Of a stretch of 43,805 bases of DNA, positions 25,338-36,008 are shown one piece after another; position 1 is the first letter of the stretch; each line of letters starts with the position of its first letter. Source of the DNA: Patescibacteria group bacterium (lineage in GTDB: Bacteria > Patescibacteriota > Minisyncoccia > Minisyncoccales > JANBVM01); the NCBI GenBank assembly GCA_024239015.1, contig JANBVM010000004.1, positions 1 to 43,805 of the forward strand. The letters run 5' to 3'. The position numbers were made by a program, and so were the translations under genes. The notes beneath the pieces are model-generated. The model was not told the origin of the DNA. It did not search any database and was given only the letters and a program-made list of their open reading frames with translations.

Positions 25338-28300
25338 ATGACTATAAAAATGTCTATAACGAAGAAAATTATTTCGATTGCTACTGTTGTTGGTATGTTG
25401 GCCCCCATTGCCCCTGCTTTGGCTATAACAGCAGCTGATCTTCAGGTACAAATTGATGCTTTATTAGCTCAATTGTCCTCATTACAGGCTCAGTTGACTA
25501 CACTTGAAGGGGGAGAAACAACTCCAACTGTTAGTGGTTGTACAATTACTTCTTTTGATAGAAGCCTAAAAGTAGGCTCGTCAGGAGAAGATGTTAAATG
25601 TCTACAGATTATCTTGAATTCAGCCGCCGATACCCAGGTAGCTGCAACAGGCGTAGGATCTTCTGGTAGTGAAACTACCTACTTTGGTCCTTTAACCCAA
25701 GCTGCAGCAATTAAATTCCAGGAAAAATACGCCAGTGAAGTTTTAGCTTCTTGGGGATTAACTACTGGAACTGGTTTCATTGGCTCAACAAGTAGAACTA
25801 AGCTGAATAGTCTCTTGGGCGCAGGAGTTCCTGGAACACCTGGAACACCTGGCGAAGTCGGCACTACAGCCGCTGTTTCTTTAGCTGCTGATACTGCAGT
25901 CGCAGGTGCTGTGGCTAAAAACTCTCAAGATGTACCTTTCACCAAGATTAGATTTTCAGCTGGTGCCACTGCTTATACCGTTACCCAGATTGTTGTTGCT
26001 CGAGGCGGAGTTTCAGCCGATGCTGATATTTCATCTATAAAGTTATATGATGGAACAGCCCAGCTAGGTTCAACTCAGGCCTTAAACACTAACACCCACA
26101 AAGCAACCTTTGGAAGCCTTTCATGGGAAATTCCTTCCTACACCGTTAAATACCTAAGTATTCTTGGAAGCATTGCTGCTTCACCTACAGTTGGAGATGT
26201 TATCCAGTTAGGAATTTCTGCTGCTTCAGACATTAGTGCAACGGTAAGTCCTTCAGGAACTTTCCCAATCATGGGAAACTTGAAGACAGTTGCTGGAATT
26301 TCAGTTGGTCGACTTGATGTTGACAAACAGGCTACTCCAGCTACCACCACTGTTCTATCTGGAGCTACTGACCAAGAAGTTGCTTGTTGGAAGTTTACGG
26401 CTGACAACACCGAAGGCTTCGACGTTAATTCAATTAAGGTTTCCCATGTTGGTTCTGCTGCTAGAGCTGACCTAAGCAATCTAGTTCTTAAAGTTTCAGG
26501 AACTCAGATTGGTTCAACCATGCTCAGTTTAGATGCTTCTAACCAGGTAATGTTTGACCTATCTGCTTCTCCTTTGAACATTAGAACTGGATCAGCTAAG
26601 ACAGTTTGTTCTTACACTGATGTTGCTTCTGGAATTTCGACCTCAAGGACAGCAATCTTTGAGCTTACCCAAGCTACAAATATAGTGGCTTACGGTGCTA
26701 ATTCCGGAGGAATAGTGACAGTTACTATTACCTCTGCTACTTTTGTTAAGCAGACCGGTAATACCATGACCATTGGTCAGGGTACTTTAACCGTTGCTTT
26801 GGATGCTGCTCAAAATCCTGCCGCTCAGAATTATGTTAAGGGAACCGCAAACAGATTAATTACTGCTGTTAAGTTCTCAACTGGTGCAAGAGAGGGAGTT
26901 AGGATGGTAAAACTTGTATTCACCCTAGGTGGAACAGGTTCTGCTACCGATATCTCTAATGTTACCCTTTGGGACGGAACCACTCAGATTGCAGGTCCTG
27001 CCTCAGTTATTGGTACTAGCGTCACCTTTGGTGCTAACACTATTGGTTACGATGTAACTGGACTATTTGATGTGCTGAAATCAGCTAATACTACTGTTTT
27101 AGTTAAAGCTGATGTTCCAACCGGGGCTGATTCTACAAAGACAGTAAGCCTGAGCTTATCTGCAGCATCTGATATTTCTGCCGATGGCCTAGGATCACAA
27201 TACGACTTGCCTTCTTCAGCTATTACTGGAACAGCTACGGGTAACGCCCACTCTGTGACGGCTAATGGTACTTTATCAGTGGCTTTGGCTGCTGATACTC
27301 CACCTGCTCAGACTTATGTGAAGGGATCAACCGCAAAATCATTCACTAAGATTAACTTTACTGCAGGTTCTGGAGAGGACATGACTGTGACCTCTATTAC
27401 AGTTAGATGTTATGTAGGATCTGGTACTGGATCCACTTGTGCTTCAGGAGACGTCACCAACGTTAAGTTGTTGAAGTCAGACGGATCACAGTTTGGATCA
27501 GTTGTTACCAGCCCAACAGCTTCTGCTGGATTTAGCGGTACTTTCACAGTTACAGCTGCTCAGACCGGATCCATTACCGTAGTAGCTGATATTCCTACCA
27601 CTGCCGCCGCTGCCTCTGTTCACTTTGACCTTCCGGGAGCTGGAACAGTTGCCAGTGATATTACTTCAACTGGTGCTTCTTCTGCAGCTGATATTACAGA
27701 AACAGGTTCTGCCACTGGTAAATTAGTAACTATTGGTTCAGGATCTTTGACTATTGCTGCAGCCGCAGTCCCAGCCGATCAGACCCAGATTATTGGAGCC
27801 ACTCAAATTCCTATTGTTGGTTTAGTACTAACAGCTGGAACAGGTGAGGATGTTAGGATAACTAAGTTAAAGTTCACCAGGAGTGTTCTTACTTCTAGTG
27901 AAGGTTCTTCAACTGACTTGTCTAACATTGCAATTTACGATGGATCTACCAGACTAACTGCTAATAAGCCTTGGGATGGCACTGACACCGAAGTTACATT
28001 TACAGCCTCTGATTTCTTGAACTTATTGGGGATTGATATTGTCAAAGGACAGCAAAAGACGGTTACCGTCAATGCTGATGTTCCTTCTACCGCAGTCAAT
28101 CTACACGTAGTTGCTATAGGTATAGCCACCTCTACTGATCCTGGTAGTACTACTACTAGTGACGTTACGATTGTTGGGCTTTCTTCAAATACAAGTCCAG
28201 CTCCTACCGTAACAAAGGCCAATACGGCTTTGGAGGGAGCTAACTACAGCTCAAATGGTGATGGTAATGCTTATTATCTGACTCTTAACACTAAGGGTAC

Positions 28301-29453
28301 TTTAACAGTAGCTTCAGCTGCTGATACCCCTGGTCAGGCAATTCAGTCTGTAGGGTCACAAGGTTATGCATCTCCGCCAACTGTTTCATTCTATAAGGCT
28401 TCATTCAGCCCAACTCTTGAGGCTAGTGATGTTAAGTCAATTACTGTAGAAAGATCAGGTGGTCGTGATTCTGACTTTAGTTCAATTACTATTTGGGATG
28501 GAACGACTCAGTTAGGTACAGCTCAGTCCCTAGTTAATGCTTCAACTACATTTAGTTTTGTAGCTGGAAGTTACTGGAGAATTGACGCTGTTAAAAACCT
28601 AACAGTCAAAGGTGTACTGAACGGTATTAGGCTTAGCACTGGTTCTGGATCTGAAACAGGTGATGCTCCTCAGCTTGGTGTTGATAACATCACAGCCGAA
28701 GGTGTGTCTTCTGGTTTGTCACCAACTGGCGCTGGACAAATTGACCTACTCGGTAATGCTCAACACCTGAGACAGTCTCAACCTACTATAGCTTTGGCCT
28801 CACCCGTAGATACAACTATAGGTGGAACCAAGCAGCTTATTAGGTGGACGGTGACAGCTGATGGAACTGACGATATTGCTTGGAAGAAAGTTATCCTTGA
28901 TGTGTCAGGAGCAATAACCGTTGCAACCGTTAGCAATACAGTTGGTTGTATTAGTGGCGACACAGGTTGTACTGGAAAGACAGATGGTATATACACGTCT
29001 ACTAGTAGTGACATAGGAGTATCTCCTACCCAGTTAATTGCTACCAGCTCAATGAAAATCTATGATGTTGGATCTGGCAGCGCAATTACAGCTACTACTA
29101 CTGATACTGCCTGGACCGTTGATCAATCTACTTCACCTGGAACAGCTAGAGTCGCATTTGTAGCCGCCGCAGAACAAACAGTTGCTGCAGGCACTACAAA
29201 GACTTACTACCTAGAAGGTGCTTTCTTACAAGGTGGTGCTGCCGGTGACAGTATAACGACTAGAATTAATACCAGGCCTACCTCAGCTACTAGTGATACC
29301 TATGTAACAGTTGCAGGCACTACAGGAACCTTTATCTGGTCAGATAAATCAGGAGCTAGTTCAGGTAACGCACACTCTTCATTAACTGCTGACTGGACTC
29401 ACGACTACAAAGTTTCTGGCTTGCCAACTTCTGTAAATACTTTGACCAAGTAG
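25338..29453 (+). CDS. Large S-layer-like surface protein with a peptidoglycan-binding domain and repeated beta-sandwich modules
   Basis: Signal peptide, coiled coil and PG-binding motif (RSLKVGSSGEDVKCLQ...YFGPLT..A..KFQ). Thr/Ser/Ala/Gly-rich repeats begin G(T/S)L(T/S)(V/I)A and contain LxDGxTQ. Confidence 0.85.
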   Translation: MTIKMSITKKIISIATVVGMLAPIAPALAITAADLQVQIDALLAQLSSLQAQLTTLEGGETTPTVSGCTITSFDRSLKVGSSGEDVKCLQIILNSAADTQVAATGVGSSGSETTYFGPLTQAAAIKFQEKYASEVLASWGLTTGTGFIGSTSRTKLNSLLGAGVPGTPGTPGEVGTTAAVSLAADTAVAGAVAKNSQDVPFTKIRFSAGATAYTVTQIVVARGGVSADADISSIKLYDGTAQLGSTQALNTNTHKATFGSLSWEIPSYTVKYLSILGSIAASPTVGDVIQLGISAASDISATVSPSGTFPIMGNLKTVAGISVGRLDVDKQATPATTTVLSGATDQEVACWKFTADNTEGFDVNSIKVSHVGSAARADLSNLVLKVSGTQIGSTMLSLDASNQVMFDLSASPLNIRTGSAKTVCSYTDVASGISTSRTAIFELTQATNIVAYGANSGGIVTVTITSATFVKQTGNTMTIGQGTLTVALDAAQNPAAQNYVKGTANRLITAVKFSTGAREGVRMVKLVFTLGGTGSATDISNVTLWDGTTQIAGPASVIGTSVTFGANTIGYDVTGLFDVLKSANTTVLVKADVPTGADSTKTVSLSLSAASDISADGLGSQYDLPSSAITGTATGNAHSVTANGTLSVALAADTPPAQTYVKGSTAKSFTKINFTAGSGEDMTVTSITVRCYVGSGTGSTCASGDVTNVKLLKSDGSQFGSVVTSPTASAGFSGTFTVTAAQTGSITVVADIPTTAAAASVHFDLPGAGTVASDITSTGASSAADITETGSATGKLVTIGSGSLTIAAAAVPADQTQIIGATQIPIVGLVLTAGTGEDVRITKLKFTRSVLTSSEGSSTDLSNIAIYDGSTRLTANKPWDGTDTEVTFTASDFLNLLGIDIVKGQQKTVTVNADVPSTAVNLHVVAIGIATSTDPGSTTTSDVTIVGLSSNTSPAPTVTKANTALEGANYSSNGDGNAYYLTLNTKGTLTVASAADTPGQAIQSVGSQGYASPPTVSFYKASFSPTLEASDVKSITVERSGGRDSDFSSITIWDGTTQLGTAQSLVNASTTFSFVAGSYWRIDAVKNLTVKGVLNGIRLSTGSGSETGDAPQLGVDNITAEGVSSGLSPTGAGQIDLLGNAQHLRQSQPTIALASPVDTTIGGTKQLIRWTVTADGTDDIAWKKVILDVSGAITVATVSNTVGCISGDTGCTGKTDGIYTSTSSDIGVSPTQLIATSSMKIYDVGSGSAITATTTDTAWTVDQSTSPGTARVAFVAAAEQTVAAGTTKTYYLEGAFLQGGAAGDSITTRINTRPTSATSDTYVTVAGTTGTFIWSDKSGASSGNAHSSLTADWTHDYKVSGLPTSVNTLTK

Positions 29454-29508
29454 TAGGTTCGGACCGAAATCTTGAACTGAAATCTATTTATGCCTTTCCT
29501 TGTGAGGC

Positions 29509-29544
29509 AACCAAAAGCCGCTCCATTGGAGCGGCTTTTGGGTT
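29509..29544. terminator. Strong bidirectional terminator
   Basis: CCAAAAGCCGCTCCA-t-TGGAGCGGCTTTTGG. Confidence 0.88.
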
Positions 29545-29559
29545 CACTTAATATATTTT

Positions 29560-30726
29560 TTAGAGCAGCTTTTCAGTTTCTTGAATCATTTCTCTGATAG
29601 AGAATTTTTTCAGTTTTTCTTTAGCTTGACTTATTAATTCCTGAGCCAGTTTGGGATTTTTAATTAGTTTTAGCGTTTTTTCAGCTAATTCCTTAGAACT
29701 TCTGGGCTTTATTAGAATTCCTTCTTTCCCATCCTCAATTATTTCTGGTATAGCGCCTACATTTGTGGCTATAATTGGGACCCCTGAAGCCATAGCCTCT
29801 AAAATTATCCAAGGAAAACCTTCTTTTAAAGAAGGCAGAACAAAAACATCAAAAGCCTTTAAATATTTATATGCGTCAGGGATTCGACCCAATAGAAAAA
29901 CTTGGTTTCCAAGGTCATATTTTTTGATTAGTAATTCCAGTTCTCTTCTTTGTCTTCCTTCACCGATTATTAATAACTTAAAATCAGCTTTCAAGAGATG
30001 TGCTGACTTTATTAAGTATTCCAAACCCTTTGTTTTATATAGATTAGCTACGCTGCCGATTAAAATTGTTTCAGGCTCCAATCTGTAGCCTGCAGGGAGT
30101 AGCCCAGAAAGCTTTTGGCGAGCCTCACCTTTTGATAAGAATTTTAGCTGATTAACGTCAATGCCATTATAAATCTTGACTATTTTTTCAGGCAGGCAAA
30201 TTCTGTATTTTATTGCGATATCTCTGTCAACTTCTGAATTAACAACAATTTTATCTTTGAGGGGAGAGGTAATCTTTTCAGCCCAGAGGAGAGTTCTATT
30301 CATAAACCATGGCCTGGGATCGCGGAAAGACCAGCCACCGATTCGATATATAACTTGGAACTTAAAATCCGAAGCTCGAAGCTTATATAGGAAAGAGGCG
30401 ATTGAACCCATTATGCCGGCCGAGGTAGAACATAAAAAAAGAGTATTAGGCCTTTCCTTTTTCAAAAGGTTGAGAATTTCTAATATTGAAAAAGGAACTT
30501 GCCAGGGTAGGGGAGTTCTTTTCATGTGTTTCAGATACACGATTTTGACAGACAGACTTTTTAGTTTTCTAAAAAGCTCACCATCTCCCTCACCGGCGGC
30601 AACCAAAATATCGTATTTATCCTTATTTAAATTGGAAGCCATCTCAAAAATATATCTTTGAGCTCCGCCGAATTCTGATTGAGTGGCCAAAAATATGATT
30701 TTTCTTTTATTATTGACAGTTTCCAT
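29560..30726 (-). CDS. Glycosyltransferase family 4
   Basis: GGAQRY, IYNGID, KGLEYL and EGFPWIILEAMASG motifs. Confidence 0.93.
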   Translation of the reverse strand: METVNNKRKIIFLATQSEFGGAQRYIFEMASNLNKDKYDILVAAGEGDGELFRKLKSLSVKIVYLKHMKRTPLPWQVPFSILEILNLLKKERPNTLFLCSTSAGIMGSIASFLYKLRASDFKFQVIYRIGGWSFRDPRPWFMNRTLLWAEKITSPLKDKIVVNSEVDRDIAIKYRICLPEKIVKIYNGIDVNQLKFLSKGEARQKLSGLLPAGYRLEPETILIGSVANLYKTKGLEYLIKSAHLLKADFKLLIIGEGRQRRELELLIKKYDLGNQVFLLGRIPDAYKYLKAFDVFVLPSLKEGFPWIILEAMASGVPIIATNVGAIPEIIEDGKEGILIKPRSSKELAEKTLKLIKNPKLAQELISQAKEKLKKFSIREMIQETEKLL

Positions 30727-30776
30727 AATATTCAGTAACGTTATAACATTCTACAATTTAAAAGGAGAAGATAAAA

Positions 30777-31439
30777 TTGTCAGATAAAGTACATAATATA
30801 GGAATATGGGCTCATGGTCATTCTCTTGACCGTGATCCTGAAATATGGAAAAGAGTTATCTGGGGAGTACCTCCGAATAGACTAGGAAGGGCCTCTCTAG
30901 CGACATTGCTGGCTATAAAAAATAAAGCAAGACTACTGGGATTTGGAACTGGGTCAAGTCGAACATCGGAAGGTAAGATTGAGGCTGAAGTGATCCGGGA
31001 CTTTATACTGGATAACTTCAATAATTTAGGAGAATTTCAACAGTTCAATGGAGTAGACCTCAGAGAGGCTAAGGATAAGATAAGCCGAATAGTAGAAGTT
31101 GACACAGCATCCAAGAATACCTATGAAGAACTTCAATGTGCCGCTAGAATCTTTTTAGAAAAAGGAGTAAAGACTGTGATTTTTGTCACAGATCCTGCTC
31201 ACGGCTCTAGGGTTTTCAAAAATGCCTGCGAAGTCTTTTTAGAAAATAATAGTTTCAGCAACATCCTCCAACACTTCTCTGTTGCAGCAAGCGCAGTTCC
31301 TTACTCTGGTACTGCTGGTGATGTAGTTGTAGCAGAGCCTCCATATCCGTTACGTAAAGTATTCCAAAATATCATGCAGGCTCCAGAAGAAAGAAGAAAA
31401 GAAATCAACTTACTTCTCAAAAGATACCGCTTTGTTTAA
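30777..31439 (+). CDS. YdcF/DUF218 (ElyC/SanA)-like protein
   Basis: EAEVIRD, SKNTYEEL and VTDPAHGSR motifs. Confidence 0.6.
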   Translation: MSDKVHNIGIWAHGHSLDRDPEIWKRVIWGVPPNRLGRASLATLLAIKNKARLLGFGTGSSRTSEGKIEAEVIRDFILDNFNNLGEFQQFNGVDLREAKDKISRIVEVDTASKNTYEELQCAARIFLEKGVKTVIFVTDPAHGSRVFKNACEVFLENNSFSNILQHFSVAASAVPYSGTAGDVVVAEPPYPLRKVFQNIMQAPEERRKEINLLLKRYRFV

Positions 31440-31449
31440 AATACTCTCT

Positions 31450-31480
31450 GCTTTTGATTCAAAAATCGAAAGCATTTTTT
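31450..31480 (+). terminator. Rho-independent terminator
   Basis: GCTTTTGATT-caaa-AATCGAAAGC followed by a T-run. Confidence 0.65.
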
Positions 31481-31550
31481 ATTGTAATAGTTTGACTTTT
31501 AACTCGTCTTATTTATAATAGACTATTGAATTTAGATAGGCAATTTTTTT

Positions 31551-32372
31551 ATGTTCAAAAAAGTAGGCATTATTGGTGTGGGAATGGTGGGTGGCGCTTT
31601 ACAGCGCTACTTTGAGAAAATAAAGAAAATAGAACCTCTTTTATATGATAGTGGTAGAAACTTAGGGTCTATTCAGAACGTCAACCAGGCAGAGGTTATT
31701 TTTATTTGTGTTCCTACCCCATTTAATAAAGAAAAAAACTATTTTGACTTATCTTATATTGAAGATGCAATTTCAAAAATTGAAGGTGAAAAAGTTATAG
31801 TTGTTAAATCAACAGCTTTACCCGGTACTACTGAATCTTTACAGCAGAAATATCCCCAACATAAAATATTGAATAATCCTGAGTTTTTAACTGAACTTAC
31901 AGCCGATCAAGATATGTCTTATCCCGATCGTCAAATAATTGGTCACACTAAAGAGTCTTATACCGTTGCCAAAGACGTTCTCCAGCTCTTACCCTTAGCT
32001 CCCTTTGAGAGAATTTTGACAGCTACCGAAGCTGAAATGGTTAAATATTTTGGAAACACTTGGTTCTCGACAAAAGTCATATTTGCCAATCAAATTTATG
32101 ATTTGTGCCAAAAATTAGGAGCTAACTATGACAGGGTTAGGGATGCTGCAGCTGCCGACAAAAGAATCGACAGAACTCATTTAGAGGTCATACACAAGGG
32201 GTACAGAGGATATGGAGGGAAGTGTTTGCCCAAAGACATAAAAGCTCTTATCCGTTTTGCCGAAGAAAGAGGGATTGATTTAAAACTTCACAAAACTGTT
32301 GATGAAATCAATGATAAACTCTTAAAGGAGCAGAATATTTCTGATCCGGAAAAACATAGTATAAGAGAATAA
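31551..32372 (+). CDS. UDP-glucose/GDP-mannose dehydrogenase family protein, short form
   Basis: GVGMVG, CVPTP, KST, NPEFL and catalytic GYGGKCLPKD motifs. Confidence 0.9.
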   Translation: MFKKVGIIGVGMVGGALQRYFEKIKKIEPLLYDSGRNLGSIQNVNQAEVIFICVPTPFNKEKNYFDLSYIEDAISKIEGEKVIVVKSTALPGTTESLQQKYPQHKILNNPEFLTELTADQDMSYPDRQIIGHTKESYTVAKDVLQLLPLAPFERILTATEAEMVKYFGNTWFSTKVIFANQIYDLCQKLGANYDRVRDAAAADKRIDRTHLEVIHKGYRGYGGKCLPKDIKALIRFAEERGIDLKLHKTVDEINDKLLKEQNISDPEKHSIRE

Positions 32373-32373
32373 T

Positions 32374-33273
32374 ATGTCTAAAATTTTAGTTACAGGAGGA
32401 ACAGGTTTTATCGGCTCCCACCTAGTAGATGCTTTAATTGAAAATAACCATCAAGTTTCACTTGTTGACAATTTAAGTACTGGTAGAAGGGGGAATATTA
32501 ACCCAAAAGCTGACTTCTTTGAGACTGATATTAAAGATTTTAATAGGATCAGACCTCTATTTAATGGGATTGATTTTGTCTTCCACTTAGCTGCTAATCC
32601 TCGTATTCCTTTGTCTATTGAAAAACCAAGAGAGACAAATGAGGTTAATATTAATGGGACTTTAAATGCTCTGCTAGCCTCTAAAGAGGCTGGAGTTAAA
32701 AAATTTATCTACAGCTCTTCTTCTTCAGTATATGGGGATCAAGAAGAATTACCTGTAAAAGAAGGCATGACCTGTTCTCCCTTAAGCCCCTATGCTTTAC
32801 AGAAATATGTTGGCGAAGCTTATTGTAAAATTTTCTCTGAGATATATGGATTACCCACAGTCTCTTTACGTTATTTCAGCGTGTATGGTCCTAGATATTC
32901 AAAAGAAGGAGAACATCTTCAGGTTATAGCTCTTTTTCTCGAAAAGAAAAAACAAGGCGAACCTTTGACCATCACCGGAGATGGAGAGCAGACAAGAGAT
33001 TTCACTAGCGTTTTTGATGTAGTCAGAGCTAATATTTTGGCTATGGGATCAGGAAAAGTAGGAAAAGGGGAAGCTATTAATGTCGGAGGGGGAAAAGATT
33101 ATAGCATTAAAGAAGTAGCCAAATTAATTGGAGGTGAAATTAAATATATCCCCTTACAGCCAGGCGAAGTAGACCGTAATTTGGCAGATATCAGCCTAGC
33201 TAAGGAATTATTAAACTGGGAACCTAAAATTAAATTAGAAGAGGGTATTAAACAATTACTAAAAGAGTTATGA
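32374..33273 (+). CDS. NAD-dependent nucleotide-sugar epimerase/dehydratase
   Basis: TGGTGFIG, SSSSVYG, SPYALQK and GDGEQTRDF motifs. Confidence 0.93.
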   Translation: MSKILVTGGTGFIGSHLVDALIENNHQVSLVDNLSTGRRGNINPKADFFETDIKDFNRIRPLFNGIDFVFHLAANPRIPLSIEKPRETNEVNINGTLNALLASKEAGVKKFIYSSSSSVYGDQEELPVKEGMTCSPLSPYALQKYVGEAYCKIFSEIYGLPTVSLRYFSVYGPRYSKEGEHLQVIALFLEKKKQGEPLTITGDGEQTRDFTSVFDVVRANILAMGSGKVGKGEAINVGGGKDYSIKEVAKLIGGEIKYIPLQPGEVDRNLADISLAKELLNWEPKIKLEEGIKQLLKEL

Positions 33274-34247
33274 AAAGAAATAAAACTGTACTAGTCACAG
33301 GCGGCGCTGGCTTTATTGGTTCTCATCTCGTTGAAGAACTTTTACAAAAAGGACAAAAAGTTATTGTTGTTGATAATCTTTCAACTGGAAGCTTAAAAAA
33401 CATCGAACATCTTAAAAAGAACAAAGAATTTCATTTTATTAAAGGATCTATTTTGGATGAGAATTTAATGGAGGATTTAATAAAGAAAGTAGACCAAATC
33501 TATCACTTAGCAGCAGTAGTTGGTGTAAGAATGGTATTGGGGAAGCCTTTGAATTCTCTTTTAACTAATATAAAAGGGACAGAGATCGTTTTGAAGGAAG
33601 CGGCAAAAAGAAAAACGAAAATTCTATTAGCTTCAAGCTCTGAAGTTTGCGGAAAAGACGATAATATTCCTTTTGGAGAAGAAGACGATAGAACCTATGG
33701 TTCTGTCTATAATGATCGCTGGGTTTATGCTTTTGCCAAGGGAGTTGATGAATTTTTAGGTTTGGCTTATTGGAGAGAGAAAAAACTGCCCGTTGTTATC
33801 GTTCGTCTTTTTAATGTGATAGGTCCTAGACAGACAGGTAGATATGGCATGGTAGTGCCAACCTTTGTAAAACAAGCCCTTTCTAAAGGACCAATTACTG
33901 TCTTCGGAGACGGTAAACAGACTAGATGTTTTGCTGATATTCAGGATGTAGTAATAGCCTTAGTTAAGTTAATGGTAGCAAAGAATGCTGAAGGCCATGT
34001 TACTAATTTAGGCTCAGATTACGAGATAAGCATTAATCAATTGGCGAAAAAAGTAAAAGGATTAACTGGCAACTACTCCTCAGAGATCATTTATGTCCCT
34101 TACAAGAAAGCCTATCCTGATGGCTACGAGGATTTTAGGCGTAGGGTGCCTAATATTTCAAAAATCAAAAAGACGATCAACTACAGGCCAAGTGTTGGCT
34201 TAGAGGAAAGCATTAAAAGAATCATAAAGTATTACGACAACAAATGA
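33270..34247 (+). CDS. NAD-dependent epimerase/dehydratase, UDP-glucuronate decarboxylase-like
   Basis: TGGAGFIG, ASSSEV, RWVYAFAK and GDGKQTRCF motifs. Confidence 0.9.
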   Translation: MKRNKTVLVTGGAGFIGSHLVEELLQKGQKVIVVDNLSTGSLKNIEHLKKNKEFHFIKGSILDENLMEDLIKKVDQIYHLAAVVGVRMVLGKPLNSLLTNIKGTEIVLKEAAKRKTKILLASSSEVCGKDDNIPFGEEDDRTYGSVYNDRWVYAFAKGVDEFLGLAYWREKKLPVVIVRLFNVIGPRQTGRYGMVVPTFVKQALSKGPITVFGDGKQTRCFADIQDVVIALVKLMVAKNAEGHVTNLGSDYEISINQLAKKVKGLTGNYSSEIIYVPYKKAYPDGYEDFRRRVPNISKIKKTINYRPSVGLEESIKRIIKYYDNK

Positions 34248-35032
34248 AGATTTGTTTTGTCTCAATAGATGTCGAATCTGATTTTGCTGAGAATAAAAAC
34301 TTTGAAGGAATAGAAAACTTAGACAAAATTTTAAGCATTTTTAAAAAGCACAATATCTCAGCTACTCTCTTTGTTACCGGGAATGTCTTAAGAAGATATG
34401 CCGAAATAGTAAAAAACTGGTCAAAACATTATGAAATTGCCTGTCACAGTTTTTCTCATCAATTTTGGAATACTTTAAATAATCAACAGAGAAAAGAAGA
34501 GTTGGAAGAATTTTCTGGTCTCTATCGAGGAATTTTTACCAGAAGCCCAAAAGGTTTTCGTGCTCCTTCTCATCTTATCGATGAAGAAGGATTAAAGCTC
34601 TTACAAGATAACAATTTTTTATACGATAGTAGTGTCGTTCCTCACTATCCTTTTTTTAAAAAATATCGAGGGTATAAAGGACGAGCCCCGCTTTTTCCTT
34701 ATTGGCCAAATATTAAAGACCGTAGACAAAAGGGTCAAATGGAAATTCTGGAAATTCCAGTAAGAGGACAAATATTCGGAATTCCTTTAGCCGGAGCTTG
34801 GATTGCGCGACTTCCTTTTTCTTTTTATAGATTTTTATTTGAAATTTATCGTCCCTCCTTCCTTACAATAAATATGCATTCCTGGGATATTCTCGATACT
34901 CCCCAAAGAAAAAGTACTCCGGCTCAATTCTTGAGAAACCTTGAAGAAACCTTATTGTTATTAAAAAAGAAGAGTTACAAATTTCTAGAAGGTTTTCAGA
35001 TTTATGAGTCAATTTCGAAGAATAGACAATAG
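34244..35032 (+). CDS. Polysaccharide deacetylase family protein
   Basis: SIDVE, ATLFVTG, EIACHSFSH, GFRAP, YDSS and HSWD motifs. Confidence 0.9.
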   Translation: MKICFVSIDVESDFAENKNFEGIENLDKILSIFKKHNISATLFVTGNVLRRYAEIVKNWSKHYEIACHSFSHQFWNTLNNQQRKEELEEFSGLYRGIFTRSPKGFRAPSHLIDEEGLKLLQDNNFLYDSSVVPHYPFFKKYRGYKGRAPLFPYWPNIKDRRQKGQMEILEIPVRGQIFGIPLAGAWIARLPFSFYRFLFEIYRPSFLTINMHSWDILDTPQRKSTPAQFLRNLEETLLLLKKKSYKFLEGFQIYESISKNRQ

Positions 35033-36002
35033 AAAAGAGTGGCAGGAATTACTTAATAAGGTTTTGTTTAAAACCTTTTTTCATAATTTAGAATGGGAAG
35101 ATTTCTTAGAAAATAATTTTAAATGGTTGAAATTCGAACACTATTTATATGGAGACGAGGTTTTGTTAAGTTTAGCCCGGTATAAAGTTTTTGGTAAAGA
35201 AAGACTAATTTCTCACCCCTTTTGCGAGTACGGAGGGCCGTTGCCTTTAAAAAAAGACATTGACGGTAGAAGGTTTAGGGAGGGTCTTTATTTAAACTTT
35301 AAGGATTTTTTTAGAATTAGCTTTCATCCCCAAATTCCAGCATATTTTAAAAACTTGGCTCTAAAAGAACCAGACAGTTCAAGGGATACCTATTTTATTG
35401 AAAATATTAACCAGAAAACTGAAGAGAATATTTTTTCTTCTTTCAGGAAGACGCTTCGCCACTCTATAAATAAAGCCCAAACCCAGAATCTTGAAATTAA
35501 AAAATGTGGAGATAAAGAGGAATTGAAATATTTTTATAATCTATATCTAAAAACTACCAAAAGACATAAAACCATACCTTATCCTTTTTCTTTTTTTCAA
35601 TATTTTTTAGACTCCCAAAATTCTGAAATTATTCTAGCTAAAAGTGAGGATAAGATAATAGCTGGTAGCGTTTTTCTATTTTATGATAAATTTATACATT
35701 ATTTTTTGAATGCCTCTGACGAAATACACAGAGACAAAAAAGCTAATTATCTGATTTTGTGGGACCAAATTAAAAAACATCTCAGAGGAAGCTATCAAGT
35801 TTTTGATTTCGGAGGAACAGGTAGAGGATCTGCTCTTGAAGTTTTCAAGAGGGGGTGGGGGACGAGGAGATATCCGATTTTTGAGCTGAAGAATTTTTCA
35901 GAGAATAAGCTGAAGAAATCAAAGCTAAGAAATATCTTTGGTCTTCTTCCCTCCTTTTTGATTAAAAAAGTCGGCTCTTATCTGCTTAAATATAAATTAT
36001 AG
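35004..36002 (+). CDS. FemAB-like GNAT acyl/aminoacyl transferase
   Basis: PFCEYGGP, RHSINKA, FDFGG and FKRGWG motifs. Confidence 0.85.
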   Translation: MSQFRRIDNRKEWQELLNKVLFKTFFHNLEWEDFLENNFKWLKFEHYLYGDEVLLSLARYKVFGKERLISHPFCEYGGPLPLKKDIDGRRFREGLYLNFKDFFRISFHPQIPAYFKNLALKEPDSSRDTYFIENINQKTEENIFSSFRKTLRHSINKAQTQNLEIKKCGDKEELKYFYNLYLKTTKRHKTIPYPFSFFQYFLDSQNSEIILAKSEDKIIAGSVFLFYDKFIHYFLNASDEIHRDKKANYLILWDQIKKHLRGSYQVFDFGGTGRGSALEVFKRGWGTRRYPIFELKNFSENKLKKSKLRNIFGLLPSFLIKKVGSYLLKYKL

Positions 36003-36008
36003 GTAACT

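Noticed and set aside
25829-25852. CCTGGAACA tandem repeat
   Set aside because: It encodes a PGTPGTPG linker in the surface protein.
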